DNA of 64,000 nucleotides. Source: Phycisphaerales bacterium (GTDB lineage: Bacteria; Planctomycetota; Phycisphaerae; WQYP01). This document shows positions 53,876 to 64,000 of this stretch, in pieces (within the stretch, counting starts at the first letter, position 1; each line of letters starts with the position of its first letter). Where the stretch lies: the NCBI GenBank assembly GCA_027451365.1, contig DAIDJN010000073.1, positions 1 to 64,000 on the forward strand. Direction: 5' to 3'. Made by a program: the position numbers and the translations under genes. Under the pieces are notes generated by a model, which was given only the letters and a program-made list of their open reading frames with translations, had not been told where the DNA came from and ran no database searches.

Positions 53876-55138
53876 TTATTTCCCTTTCTTTTCCGCCGGC
53901 GGCCGGCTGCGGATGTTGTACAACTCCACCAGGCGCCGCATGTAATTTTCCGGCCTTGAGGCGGCAGCCACTTCAAACGTTTTATCCGTCCGTTCCGCCC
54001 GGCGGTCCCAGGCGGTATCCACGGAATCCAGCGCCGCGGCCAGACCGGCGACATCGCGCGGGGAATCAACCAGCGTCGCCAGACCATGCGCCGCCAATAA
54101 TTCCCCGCAGCCTAAAAACCGGGTACTGATAACCGGAAGGCCGCAGGTAAGCGCTTCCATGGCGACCAGACCGTAGCTGTCATAAAACGTGGGCAGCAGC
54201 AGGACATCGCCGGCGCTATACACACGGGTCATTTCGCGCGTCGGACCGACGAACACGACCCGATCGGTCACGCCAAGGCGGCGGGCGAGGTCCAGATACG
54301 GCCGGACCTTCCCAAGTCCCACCACCAGAAGAACCCAGGGACTTTTTGCCGCGGCCACAGCGCGTACGGCGGCGGCCAGCCCCTTGCGCCGGAAATCATG
54401 TCCGGCAAACACAGCGACTTGCACATCATCATTTAACTTATACATATCTCTGAACCACTTACGCATCGCCGCTATTTCCGACGCGGGCGGCCGACTGAGC
54501 ATCAGTGGATTTTCCAGCAGCGGCAACCGGTCCAGTGGAATGCCGTACAGGACACTTAAGTCGCGCTGCATCATTGGACTGATGCAGATAATGGCCCGCG
54601 GCCGCCCCGCAGTGACCCCTTCGGCCACCCGCCGTTCCATCGTCAGAAGCGCTCGCTGTTTTCCGGAAACCGACAAAAGAAACTGCTTCCAGCCGGCGCG
54701 AGGGGCGGTTTCCCGGCTCGCGACGGCCTGTTCCTGTATCCGCCGGTATACACCCGCATGCGGATGGTATAAAGTTCCGGCGAATGCAACCGTCATGGAA
54801 TGGGCTATATCCGGCTTGTGCAGGCGGCACCAGCGGTCCGCGGCTCGGCCAAACTGCCGAAACCCCACACCGGAACTCAGCCGCATGGCCTTTAACCGAT
54901 GGACCTGCACGCCATCGACCACCGCCGTCACTGAGCCACCGGCGCTGGCGGACCGGGCCGCATCGTGCGAAGCGCCTTGGGTGGCCGCCTGATATTTATG
55001 ACGGCGGCGGGCGCTGTCATGGCACAGAACATGCACATCGTGGCCAAGGCTGACCAATTGGCCGGCCAGCCAGCAGGTGAACGTTTCCGCGCCACCGCGC
55101 GCCGGATCAAAATGTTCAATAATCAGCGCAATTTTCAA
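53876..55138 (-). CDS. Glycosyltransferase family 4
   Basis: GGAE, FRRKGL, PTFYDSYGLVAMEALTCGLPVI. Confidence 0.88.
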   Translation of the reverse strand: MKIALIIEHFDPARGGAETFTCWLAGQLVSLGHDVHVLCHDSARRRHKYQAATQGASHDAARSASAGGSVTAVVDGVQVHRLKAMRLSSGVGFRQFGRAADRWCRLHKPDIAHSMTVAFAGTLYHPHAGVYRRIQEQAVASRETAPRAGWKQFLLSVSGKQRALLTMERRVAEGVTAGRPRAIICISPMMQRDLSVLYGIPLDRLPLLENPLMLSRPPASEIAAMRKWFRDMYKLNDDVQVAVFAGHDFRRKGLAAAVRAVAAAKSPWVLLVVGLGKVRPYLDLARRLGVTDRVVFVGPTREMTRVYSAGDVLLLPTFYDSYGLVAMEALTCGLPVISTRFLGCGELLAAHGLATLVDSPRDVAGLAAALDSVDTAWDRRAERTDKTFEVAAASRPENYMRRLVELYNIRSRPPAEKKGK

Positions 55139-56433
55139 CGATCACCTCCCGCTCCGGCGGACGGTCGAAGTTGTCGCCATTGGCGTTGAATGGCGGACAT
55201 GACCATGCCAACCTCCAGCAGATTCATACAGCGATGGTCGGTCGGACATTTTTTTAACTGACATGGACCGCACGGAACCGGCAGAGAGAGTTGAACTTCC
55301 TGGCTGTAAAATGTTTCCGCCCAGCGCGGATCCGTTGGTCCGAAAAGAGTGACCAGGGGCGTCCCCATGGCCACCGCAAAATGACGCGGGCCCGTATCAT
55401 TGCACAGCACCAGATTCGCCTGCCGCACCAGCTCTTTCAGCGCACCAAGGCTTACGCCGCGCCCGGCGTTAAGCCGGTATAGCGCAAGGACGCGATGCCG
55501 AACGTCATCGGCTCCGGCGAGGCTCGCGAGCAACGCATCTACCAAGGGCTTTTCCGCCGGCGCAGAAGCTATCAGCACCCGCGCGTTGAACGGTCCGGCG
55601 GAATCCGCAATCTGCCGCGCCACAGCGGCGAAGCGTTCCGGGAGCCAGCATTTTGAAGCGCCAAAATTCGCCCCCGGAAACAGCAGCATGTATGAATCCA
55701 CCGAGCCAATTCCCACTTCCGCAAGCACACTGCGAGCCTCGGTCGTTTCCGCGGATGTCATTCCCAGTCGCATCATGCGGTCATCGGTGCGCCCGCCCAG
55801 ATAACCGGCCAACCGCAGGTAATAGTCAATGGTGGGCAATGGCTGAAAATTGTGCCTCCTGGCTCGCCAGAGCGCCAATGTGGATGGCACGAGGGTTTGA
55901 ACCCCGCCGGCGGATTCCAGTTGCCAGCCAGTGCGACCATCTGAACGCAGGACGGCATCACTGGAAACGGCGTGCTGCCGCATGAGATTGCGCACCGCGC
56001 CGCGGGCCAACTGCAATTGAATTTCATCCGGGCTGCGCGGAACGGGATTTATTGTATCGGTCAGCAAAGCGCGACGGTATTCCCGGTTGTAGCCCAGCCG
56101 ACGGGGAATGCCCGCTCGCCAGAGTATCCAGCTCGACCGGAAACTGTTGGGCAGCAGAATGGCCAGATCAAATTTTTTGCGGGCCAGCATCGCTGAGGTT
56201 TTGCGGGCATCCGGCTTTTCGCCGCCAGCGGTTGAATACGCCAATGGTTCATTGACCATTTCCAAACCGGAAAGGACCGGCTGCACCAACGGGCGGCCGA
56301 TGGCGGCGATATGTGCGCGGGGATAAAGTTCGCGAATGGACCGCAAAAACGGCGTCGCCATGACCGCATCACCCAGCCAGTTGGGCATGACAATCAGAAT
56401 TCGACCGGCGGAAATGCGGATTGGGTCTAACAT
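55135..56433 (-). CDS. waaF: LPS heptosyltransferase II-like (GT9)
   Basis: PNWLGDAVM, LPNSFRS, PGANFGASKCW, NDTGPRHFA, LFGPTDP, C.PC....CP..H.CM. Confidence 0.85.
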   Translation of the reverse strand: MLDPIRISAGRILIVMPNWLGDAVMATPFLRSIRELYPRAHIAAIGRPLVQPVLSGLEMVNEPLAYSTAGGEKPDARKTSAMLARKKFDLAILLPNSFRSSWILWRAGIPRRLGYNREYRRALLTDTINPVPRSPDEIQLQLARGAVRNLMRQHAVSSDAVLRSDGRTGWQLESAGGVQTLVPSTLALWRARRHNFQPLPTIDYYLRLAGYLGGRTDDRMMRLGMTSAETTEARSVLAEVGIGSVDSYMLLFPGANFGASKCWLPERFAAVARQIADSAGPFNARVLIASAPAEKPLVDALLASLAGADDVRHRVLALYRLNAGRGVSLGALKELVRQANLVLCNDTGPRHFAVAMGTPLVTLFGPTDPRWAETFYSQEVQLSLPVPCGPCQLKKCPTDHRCMNLLEVGMVMSAIQRQWRQLRPSAGAGGDR

Positions 56434-56602
56434 CACCTCCTATTTTCAAGGACAGTGGCACTCGACGCAACCCACCGAAAAAATGGGCACGCGCTGGAGT
56501 TACGGCCGGGCGGGCGGCACCGCATCGCTATTTCCTGGCGGCGGAAATGGCCGCCGTCGGCAAGTGCGTCAGGATCGTCTGGATATGGCAGGTACGCGGC
56601 GC

Positions 56603-56638
56603 AAAAAAATGGCCGGTCCGAACAATGCCGGACCGGCC
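56603..56638 (-). terminator. Intrinsic terminator after the MFS phosphate transporter
   Basis: GGCCGGTCCG/CGGACCGGCC hairpin followed by T7 on the minus strand. Confidence 0.85.
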
Positions 56639-56667
56639 CGTGAATTCAACAAAATGGCGCGTCAGAA

Positions 56668-58104
56668 TCAGACGCCGACTGGTTCTTCCATGCGCCGGGA
56701 CACAATGCGAGACGATGTGGGCGTGGCAGGCACGGAATCGGTTTCCCGACCCGCTTCTTCAAGGCTCTTGCCGGCGGGTTCGTCGATACAGACTGCTGTG
56801 AGAATCAACCCGACAACGGCCATGCCCGCGGAAAGCAACATGCCACCGCCAAAACCGATTTTAGGGCCAATAATCGGGAACAGAAATACGCCGATGAACG
56901 CGCCAATTTTTCCACATCCCGCGGAAATACCATGACCGGTCGTACGCAAATTGACGGGGTACAACTCGGCGGCCAGCACAAAGGTCGTCACATTGGGTCC
57001 GAATTCCGCGAAGAAGTAGCTCATGCCGAATACGATGGCAAACGGCAGAATCGAATTCTGCAGACCAGGGATTATTCCCAGGAGCAGGAACATCAGGCCC
57101 ATTAGAGTAAAGCCGATCATTTGCAGACGCTTGCGGCCGATACGGTCGGACAGCATGAACGCGGCCACATAACCGGGAACGGCAAAAATACCGAAAATGA
57201 TGACGTTCCAAGCGGTTGAGGCGATCATGGGGCTTGCGGCCCCTTTAGTAAAGTGATTCAGAATGACCGGCATGCCAATGGTGTTTCCATAATAGGCGTA
57301 ATCAAACACCAGCCATGCGCCAGCGGTACCCAGAATTGTTCTGGCGTATTTGGAAAGCGGTTCTTTGATTTTGCGATCCGAACCGGCGGCATTGGCCACG
57401 CCTTCGGAATACCATGAAAGGCTTTTGGCAGCCTCGGCACCCTTGCCTTGCGCCCGCGCCAGCCAACGCGGCGATTCAGGCATGGTGCGCCGCAGGAATA
57501 TAACTCCCAATGCCGGCAGTGCGCCAACGCCAAGGGCAATTCGCCAGCAGAGGTCATGATTCACACCCGCGCCAAGCAGTGTCATAAGAATAATTGGACC
57601 GGCCAGGAAACCTAATGCCTGGCAGGAGAAGACCATACCAACCATTTTCCCGCGGTTTTCACGATTGGAATATTCACTCATAAGAACCGCGGACAGTGGA
57701 TAATCACCACCAATTCCGAAGCCCATGATACACCGCCAGATCACCATCGCGACCCAGCCGCCGGCAAAGGCGCTGCCTACGGCACCAATGACCATCAGCA
57801 GGGCTTCAAGACCATAGACGCTTTTGCGACCGATTTTGTCGGCGACAAATCCAAAGAAAAATGCGCCCACAAATGTAGCCGCCAGTGATGCGGATGCCAC
57901 CAACCCAAGCTGCCAGGGTTTGGCATGCCATTCCGCCTGGGCCAAGGCCAGCGCCGTACCTATAACAGTAAGGTCGTACGCGGAGGTGAAGAATCCCATT
58001 CCGGCGGTAATAATGGCGCGCAAATGGAAGCCGCTGAATTTTACTTCGTTCAGCGCCTCCGATACTTCGCGAGCATGCAATTCGTTGTTCACCGCAGCAG
58101 CCAT
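56668..58104 (-). CDS. MFS transporter, phosphate:H+ symporter (Pho84-like)
   Basis: GMGFFTSAYDL, GIGGDYPLSA..MSEY, DYAYYG, FGPNVTTF, RTTGHGISAGCGKIGA. Confidence 0.82.
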   Translation of the reverse strand: MAAAVNNELHAREVSEALNEVKFSGFHLRAIITAGMGFFTSAYDLTVIGTALALAQAEWHAKPWQLGLVASASLAATFVGAFFFGFVADKIGRKSVYGLEALLMVIGAVGSAFAGGWVAMVIWRCIMGFGIGGDYPLSAVLMSEYSNRENRGKMVGMVFSCQALGFLAGPIILMTLLGAGVNHDLCWRIALGVGALPALGVIFLRRTMPESPRWLARAQGKGAEAAKSLSWYSEGVANAAGSDRKIKEPLSKYARTILGTAGAWLVFDYAYYGNTIGMPVILNHFTKGAASPMIASTAWNVIIFGIFAVPGYVAAFMLSDRIGRKRLQMIGFTLMGLMFLLLGIIPGLQNSILPFAIVFGMSYFFAEFGPNVTTFVLAAELYPVNLRTTGHGISAGCGKIGAFIGVFLFPIIGPKIGFGGGMLLSAGMAVVGLILTAVCIDEPAGKSLEEAGRETDSVPATPTSSRIVSRRMEEPVGV

Positions 58105-58210
58105 ACAAGACTCCTTTTCCTGGGTCATAGGACCTGCCCGGCGAATTAAACGCTACGGGAGGCCGAACCCTTCGTTTCCGTAATAAATGGTAGGGTGACT
58201 GAATGTTGTA

Positions 58211-58241
58211 ATTGTGTGGATATTGTTAAGATTGCGCTAAG
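58211..58241 (-). promoter_or_regulatory. Possible Pho-box-like direct repeats
   Basis: Minus strand TTAGCG / TTAACA / CACACA at 11-bp spacing upstream of the phosphate symporter. Confidence 0.35.
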
Positions 58242-58554
58242 TTTAAGGCCTTCCAAATGACATGTAACATATTATAAAACATACACTTATGGCATTTATT
58301 CGCGATTGTTGACCCTATCGGGCCTCCTATTTTTGGCGATATTCACATGCGGCAAATAGAATATGCCCGTTGCGAACCGACGGCCTGCCGCGACCACACC
58401 ACGGATGGACGAAGGCGGACCAAACAGCTTGGTCGGGACCGTTCACCTAAAATTCACCGGTGAAGCCCAATGGAAACAGGCGGCATGTGGGCAAAGGCAT
58501 CGGTCAAGCAGACCAACTGCGACCGGGTGCCCAAAGAATCACCCTCACCCGTTG

Positions 58555-60093
58555 CTATTCCAAGCCGGCCTCGGCCAGTGCGATCGCTTTTAACAGACCG
58601 GCGGCTTTGTTGAGTGTTTCCTGATATTCACTGGCCGGCACACTGTCGGCCACAAGGCCGGCACCCGCCTGAAGCCAGACTTGATGGGTATTATGTTCAC
58701 CTGGCGTCACCACCATTGTTCGCAATGCAATACATGTATCCATATTCCCGGCGTAATCCATATAGCCGACGGCACCGCCATAAGGCCCCCGGCGGTCCGG
58801 TTCAAGTTCATCAATAATCTGCATGGCGCGAATTTTTGGCGCGCCGCTGACGGTGCCGACCGGAAGCGTCATGCGAAGCGCATCGAAACAGGTTTTATCC
58901 TCGGCCAGTTGACCGGTCACATTGGTGGTAATGTGCATCACATGGCTATAGCGTTCCACCGTCAGTGGTTCGGTGACTTTTACGGAACCGGCCATGCTGA
59001 CACGGCCAACATCGTTGCGCCCAAGATCCACGAGCATCACATGTTCCGCCAGTTCCTTGGGATCAGCGAGCAGTTCTTTTTGCAGTTCAGCGTCCTCCTG
59101 CGGCGTGGTGCCCCGCCGCCGAGTTCCCGCCAGCGGTCGATTGGTGATGACACGGTCCTGGACGCGGCACATGATTTCCGGCGAAGACCCAACCAGCGTG
59201 CAGTCTGGCGCGGCTAGGAAAAACATAAAGGGCGATGGATTGACCATGCGCAGCGCCCGATAAATATCGAATGGCGCGGCTTGGGTGCTTACCCGCAGGC
59301 ACTGGGAAAGCACCACCTGAAAAATGTCGCCTGCCTTGATATATTCCTTGGCCGCATCCACAGCTTTTTCAAAAGTTTCCTTGGTGAAATTGCTTTGAAA
59401 CGCCGGACGTGAGTCCACGGCCAGATTCACCAGACCAATGCGTTCGGGCAGTGGAGAACCGAGGGTTTGAATGATCCGCCCGATACGGTCCAGGGCGGCA
59501 TCGTAATCCGCGCGTATCGGATGGTCCTTCACATGAATATCCGCCACCACCAGAACGGTTTTCTGTACGTGGTCAAAAATGACCAGGTCGTCATAAATGC
59601 CGAAAAGAAGATCGGGCAGGTTTCGTCGGTCTGGCGGTGGAGAGACCAGCTTTTCTGGTTCCAGATACCGAACAGAATCGTAGGCGGCGTAGCCGACAGC
59701 CCCGCCGGTGAACGCGGGCAGGCCGGGGACCGCCACGGCGCGGGCTGGACCTAAAATTTCCGCAAGGTCTTTCAATGGGTCCGGAGAATCATATTCGCGA
59801 GCCTTAACGCTCGAATCGGGCGCGGCTTGAATGGCAATGCGACGCCCCGTTGCACGGACCACCAGCCGCGGATTTGCCCCCAAAAAGGAATAACGGGCGA
59901 TGCGTTCGCCTCCGACGACGGATTCCAAAAGAAAGGAATAGGGCGAAAGCCGGGCAAGGCGTTCATAGGCGGTAACGGGCGTCAGGTAGTCTCCCATCAG
60001 TGTGATATGAACGGGAAAAACCGAATTGGGCCGGGCCAGACTCTGAAATTCCGCCCAGGAAGGACGGGCAATGGTTGTAAGTTTGTCGCGCAA
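58555..60093 (-). CDS. trpE: Anthranilate synthase component I
   Basis: LLES, GDIFQVVLSQ, NPSPFM, GSSPE, AEHVMLVDLGRND, SGAPKIRAM, E..ETLNK. Confidence 0.93.
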   Translation of the reverse strand: MRDKLTTIARPSWAEFQSLARPNSVFPVHITLMGDYLTPVTAYERLARLSPYSFLLESVVGGERIARYSFLGANPRLVVRATGRRIAIQAAPDSSVKAREYDSPDPLKDLAEILGPARAVAVPGLPAFTGGAVGYAAYDSVRYLEPEKLVSPPPDRRNLPDLLFGIYDDLVIFDHVQKTVLVVADIHVKDHPIRADYDAALDRIGRIIQTLGSPLPERIGLVNLAVDSRPAFQSNFTKETFEKAVDAAKEYIKAGDIFQVVLSQCLRVSTQAAPFDIYRALRMVNPSPFMFFLAAPDCTLVGSSPEIMCRVQDRVITNRPLAGTRRRGTTPQEDAELQKELLADPKELAEHVMLVDLGRNDVGRVSMAGSVKVTEPLTVERYSHVMHITTNVTGQLAEDKTCFDALRMTLPVGTVSGAPKIRAMQIIDELEPDRRGPYGGAVGYMDYAGNMDTCIALRTMVVTPGEHNTHQVWLQAGAGLVADSVPASEYQETLNKAAGLLKAIALAEAGLE

Positions 60094-60178
60094 ACAGGAA
60101 CTCCTGACAAATAATCACTGCAATTGTAATGGCTAACCGCAGCGCCCCACAAATGATTCCCACCCTTTGTGGCGTGAA

Positions 60179-60961
60179 TTATCCCTTGAACCACCCTTCC
60201 TGAAGAACCAGCGCGACATTCAGCACCATCTGTTCGTTGCTAAGGTGTTCCAGATTTTCCTCCAGCTCGCCAATGCCAAGGCGATTGCGAAGATAGTCCG
60301 CAGTATCGGAAAACAGACTCTCGCGCGCGCCAACATCCAGACTGTCGCGACGCATGGACAGGTCCATGACCAGATCCCGGTCCAGCCGATCCAGCCGGTT
60401 GATAATGCGGCTGCGCATGGCGGGGTCCGTCTGAAAGCTGTTATGTCGCGACTGCTGACGCGTGACCGCCTTGGGCAGCGTCAGACGCCGGTCGCGGATG
60501 ACAATGGTGTTGGCGGCGAAATCCCCCAAGCGGCGATGGCATGGATCAATAAACGCTGTTGCTCCGCCCAGAAACATGAACGATGGAAGAAAATCAATCG
60601 GGCGAAGGAGATTACGAATAAGTATATCCACGAATGCCAGCCTTCCACCTGATGCGCTGGCCACGCGTAACCCCATGATTTTTTTTCCCGGTGAGCGACC
60701 CGCCATGAACCGTTCACAGAAGACAAAATAACCGACAAAAATGAGAAATTCGGCAATAAACAAAATGCCCACGATAAACCATGGCGAGACATCCGCCAAA
60801 GCCAGCAGTTCCAGAAGCATGATCAGGCTCCAGCCGACGAAAATCATCAGGGTGAACATGATCACCATATCAATCACCCAGGCGATAGCGCGGGTCACCA
60901 GACCCGCAAGTTGGTAACTTAGTACAACTTGTTCGGGAGTGGTAAGCCGATAGCGGAGCAT
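60179..60961 (-). CDS. RDD family protein
   Basis: TPEQV, RAIAWVID, GRSPGK..MGLRV, RNLLRPID, RRLGDFAANT. Confidence 0.88.
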   Translation of the reverse strand: MLRYRLTTPEQVVLSYQLAGLVTRAIAWVIDMVIMFTLMIFVGWSLIMLLELLALADVSPWFIVGILFIAEFLIFVGYFVFCERFMAGRSPGKKIMGLRVASASGGRLAFVDILIRNLLRPIDFLPSFMFLGGATAFIDPCHRRLGDFAANTIVIRDRRLTLPKAVTRQQSRHNSFQTDPAMRSRIINRLDRLDRDLVMDLSMRRDSLDVGARESLFSDTADYLRNRLGIGELEENLEHLSNEQMVLNVALVLQEGWFKG

Positions 60962-61014
60962 GGCGGACTTCCTTTTTAGATGCCGGAGGCAGGTAAATGC
61001 CAGGACCTGCGGCG

Positions 61015-61749
61015 TTACGCGCCCAGATAAATCACACGCGTTCCGGCGATGCGGTCGTGCAGTGTGCGCTGCATCTGCCTGTCGCTGAGTCCCAAAATAA
61101 CTTCGGCCAGAAACCAGCCAAGCGCCGCGAAATTCATTATTGCAATCACAGCCGCGAACGCGGTCGGCGATAGAATGGCGGCAAAAAGCAGCGTCCCGGC
61201 GGATACAACAAAGTTAGGGCCTACATACGCAAATGCACGCAACCATGCCGTTCGGGTGGAAATTGCGGTGCCGTCCAGGTTCACAACACGCAGATTTCCA
61301 ACCTTTTTGCCGACTGTTTGACCATTTCGCGCATGGAGCAGCGCAAAATAAGTAAGATATCCGACCCCTATAACCAAGAAAAAAAGCTTTAGTAATATGA
61401 ACGGGCGCGAGGTCGGTTGATTATTGGTGAATTGATTCGGATTGCTTACGAGAAACGCCCCAAACAAAACGAATTCCAAAATAACCATCGGGACTGCGAG
61501 GATCAACCAATCCAAGAATATGCACCCGAAGCGACGCAAGGCGCTTGGTCGCGCCGCCATAACGGCGGGTGATTCCCCGGCCATAATCCTGTCCAGCAGA
61601 ATCTGCTTTCCTTCCGCACAAACCAGTTGGCCTTGAAAATTGACCAGTTCATCCTTCGGATGCCAAGTACCGGTGACAGTGCATTGCGCCATGGGCGTGC
61701 CCGATGCTGGGTCAGACTCCGATGCGGGCGGCGGTGGCCATTGGCTCAT
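61015..61749 (-). CDS. RDD family protein with N-terminal Cys-containing extension
   Basis: RRFGCIFLD, GQTVGKK, RTLHDRIAGTRV; N-terminal CTVTG...VCAEGK. Confidence 0.85.
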   Translation of the reverse strand: MSQWPPPPASESDPASGTPMAQCTVTGTWHPKDELVNFQGQLVCAEGKQILLDRIMAGESPAVMAARPSALRRFGCIFLDWLILAVPMVILEFVLFGAFLVSNPNQFTNNQPTSRPFILLKLFFLVIGVGYLTYFALLHARNGQTVGKKVGNLRVVNLDGTAISTRTAWLRAFAYVGPNFVVSAGTLLFAAILSPTAFAAVIAIMNFAALGWFLAEVILGLSDRQMQRTLHDRIAGTRVIYLGA

Positions 61750-62157
61750 ACATCTTCCTTTCTCTTCAAACTGTTGCAACGTGTGATTGATGCCAATATT
61801 CTAACGCGGAATGTGGGCTATGCCTACCGGCCGGAAAAGCGCATTCGGGCAATGTTCATAGCGTGGCCAATTCCTTTGCGCGAGTTTGCATTTTAATAGC
61901 AGCCGGCACTTCGTAACCGCGCCCAGGTGGCCGCTTAGATCGGGATTGGCCAAACTGCATGCGGGACTACCTTTTAGGATTAACATTTGATGTTCGCCCG
62001 CCGAGATCACGCGCCCCAAACCCATTGCGGTCCTGCTGCCATTTGCCCAAGGCAATGTTCGATCCGCCCTGAACATTGTCAGACCGATTGCGGCGGCCGG
62101 CGGAAATCCCCTTTGGACGCAAGTGGGATTTTATGCTAATATAGCGATTCTGTAGCA

Positions 62158-62231
62158 GCGCTAGTAGCTCAATTGGATAGAGCGTTGGCCTCCGAAGCCA
62201 AAGGTTGTGGGTTCGACTCCCGCCTGGCGCA
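62158..62231 (+). tRNA. tRNA-Arg (CCG)
   Basis: Acceptor GCGCTAG/CTGGCGC; anticodon arm TTGGC-CTCCGAA-GCCAA; T arm GTGGG-TTCGACT-CCCGC; CCA not encoded. Confidence 0.97.
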
Positions 62232-62303
62232 ATTCGGTTTTACCCGGGAAATCAAGGCTTTCCCTTGCAATACATGCGGTTTGCTGATGGTTGCCGTGCG
62301 CGA

Positions 62304-62573
62304 TTACGGCGCTATCAGGCGATTAGTTTCCGCGCACAAAAGCGCCCCATTGCGCGCCATACAATTTCCACCCGCTTGGCCCGGCAACTTCACGACGTTT
62401 ACTGGCCGGTTGTCGGTGCCGGTTCTCAAGGCTATGGCGGTCTGCCGCCCAGCTTGCGGCTTGTCCAGCCCAGGCAGGTTATCCAGTGCCGGGCTTGTAT
62501 CGGCCATACCAACGTGCGAATAAACCGAAAAGGTCAGTTTTGAGTCGCTATGCCGCGCCAGTTCGTGGCAGAC
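62304..62573 (-). pseudogene. C-terminal remnant of a tyrosine integrase
   Basis: ELARHSDSKLTFSVYSH resembles the box II H...Y catalytic end of tyrosine recombinases; it points toward the tRNA 3' end and the upstream frame is unrelated AT-rich sequence. Confidence 0.7.
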
Positions 62574-63073
62574 TATTATGGTGGAGTGGTTTTGTATTTT
62601 TGAATATATATAAAGATATAATGAAATAACATCAGCCCCCAGCGGGCCAGTGTTTTCTTTATTGAATCCGGCAGGCAATCCAACCAGCGGATCAACTACG
62701 GCGTCAGGCCGCTTCCGGTCAGGCGGCTTTCCGCCAGCTTGTCCAAAGTGAAGCCCAGGCTCTCGGTCAGGCGTGTGTCATTGAATTCCTGCAGGTGGCG
62801 GCGAATGCCTCAATGATCGGCAAAATCCAAGTACCGGTTCTCGGTCAGTTGGCACTCGCCCGCCTAATCCCTGATCGTAAAGTCTGGCGGTTTTTCTTTT
62901 TTTGTCTTCAGCCCGCGCCGCCACTCGCGACGAGCAATAACGCAGCGTCTTGGAATTCGGTAAAGGCAGATTGAGGGCGTGGATAGTCCATCAAGGCAGA
63001 TTTGAGCAAAAGTGCCGATTTAATCTCTGTTTACGAATTATATGGGCGTAAGAACGAATCTTGAAAAAAATAT

Positions 63074-63102
63074 TTGCTTTTAAACTAAACTCGATTTACT
63101 AT
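63074..63102 (+). promoter_or_regulatory. Sigma70 promoter
   Basis: TTGCTT-17 bp-TACTAT upstream of the ORF at 63271. Confidence 0.55.
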
Positions 63103-63270
63103 ATACGCGTGTGAGCATCGCTTACGCGTGATCGGCATTCTGCTGCGTCACTAATTGTAATAATCGCTCCGGCAGGCGAGAGTTGCTAAGACGTTTGGTA
63201 AGGTATTTTAACGGCTGTGCGGCCGTACCTTACTGAATCGTCGCACTGTATTGGATTTTTGGAGAGTTTT

Positions 63271-64000
63271 ATGAAATCCAAAGTTCTGGGTTCCCGCTCG
63301 TCGGTTCTGATTGCGTTTCTGGCGGCAAGCGCATTGACTGGCGCATCTGTGGCAAGTGCATCACTGACGCACAACTGGGTGTTTGTAAATGGCACCTTGA
63401 CGGACTCGGTCGCGGGCGGTCCGACTGCCGGGCTGTATAACGGCGCAACCATCACAGCAGGTACCGGTGCCGACCTGGTTACCGGCGGTGCAAGTGACAG
63501 CAACACCGCGTCGTTCATATCGCTGGGTGGTGGCGTGCTGCCCACCAGCGGAAGTGTAACGGTTGAGGCGTATTTCACGCATTCCGGCGGGGGCATTGGT
63601 TACTACACCAACGTCTGGAATTTTAACAATGAAACCACCAGTCTTGCCGGTGGGCAGACTTCTGGTTCGGACAACCCCACCGGGACTACGGGCCAATATT
63701 TTATGAACACCGCCTCTGAGCCAGCACGCACGCTGGGCAGTGGTGATGTCACACCCGGCGGATCAGCCATTGATTTTGCGGCCGCCGGCACCAACAGCGA
63801 ACAGCAATCCACAAATCCATCCGGCCAGGCGGTTTACCTGGATCAGAACGGCACCTACATGGTTGCCGCCGTACTGGACGGAACGGCCAATACGCTGACC
63901 TATTATCTTAACGGCGTGGCCCAAACGCCCGTTGCGCTTAGCTCAGGGCAAACGTTGGCCGCGTTTAATGATGTTAATAGTGTGATTGGTCTTTCGGCAT
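63271..64000 (+). CDS. Secreted LamG-like jellyroll protein (partial, runs off the window; possibly PEP-CTERM)
   Basis: Not in the ORF track because it has no stop. GGAG SD; MKSKVLGSRSSVLIAFLAASALTGASVASA signal; LTHNWVF...SVTVEAYF...MVAAVLDGTANTLTYYLNG. Confidence 0.8.
   Translation, partial: MKSKVLGSRSSVLIAFLAASALTGASVASASLTHNWVFVNGTLTDSVAGGPTAGLYNGATITAGTGADLVTGGASDSNTASFISLGGGVLPTSGSVTVEAYFTHSGGGIGYYTNVWNFNNETTSLAGGQTSGSDNPTGTTGQYFMNTASEPARTLGSGDVTPGGSAIDFAAAGTNSEQQSTNPSGQAVYLDQNGTYMVAAVLDGTANTLTYYLNGVAQTPVALSSGQTLAAFNDVNSVIGLSA

Overview
Bacterial chromosome segment, very probably from a planctomycete (Phycisphaerae-like). The evidence is two prepilin/H-X9-DG proteins, PEP-CTERM/LamG secreted proteins and a planctomycete-like RpoB. 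Most of the window is housekeeping or carbohydrate metabolism: GH27 and GH78 glycosidases, purN, gdh, rfbBAC, rpoBC, tRNA-His, nadE, pdhAB, tsaD, uvrB, plsY, waaF-like, trpE and tRNA-Arg. An accessory block at about 14.7-28.1 kb holds short tandem repeats, three toxin-antitoxin modules (one decayed), a possible IS remnant and a complete sigma54-type RNA-repair locus: rtcR divergent from rsr(Ro60/TROVE)-[ncRNA array]-rtcB-rtcA. The rsr-Y RNA-rtcBA operon type is already known. The standout here is the rsr-rtcB interval, which holds four tandem Y-RNA-like genes. They share one bulged-stem motif but carry different tRNA-like payloads: none; T-loop plus hairpin; a permuted tRNA that keeps a Gly-CCC anticodon loop; and a permuted tRNA without an anticodon. 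A fifth minimal copy of the motif lies in the 5' leader of rsr itself. tRNA-Arg(CCG) is followed by an integrase remnant. All calls are by eye from sequence motifs; no database searches or folding programs were run.
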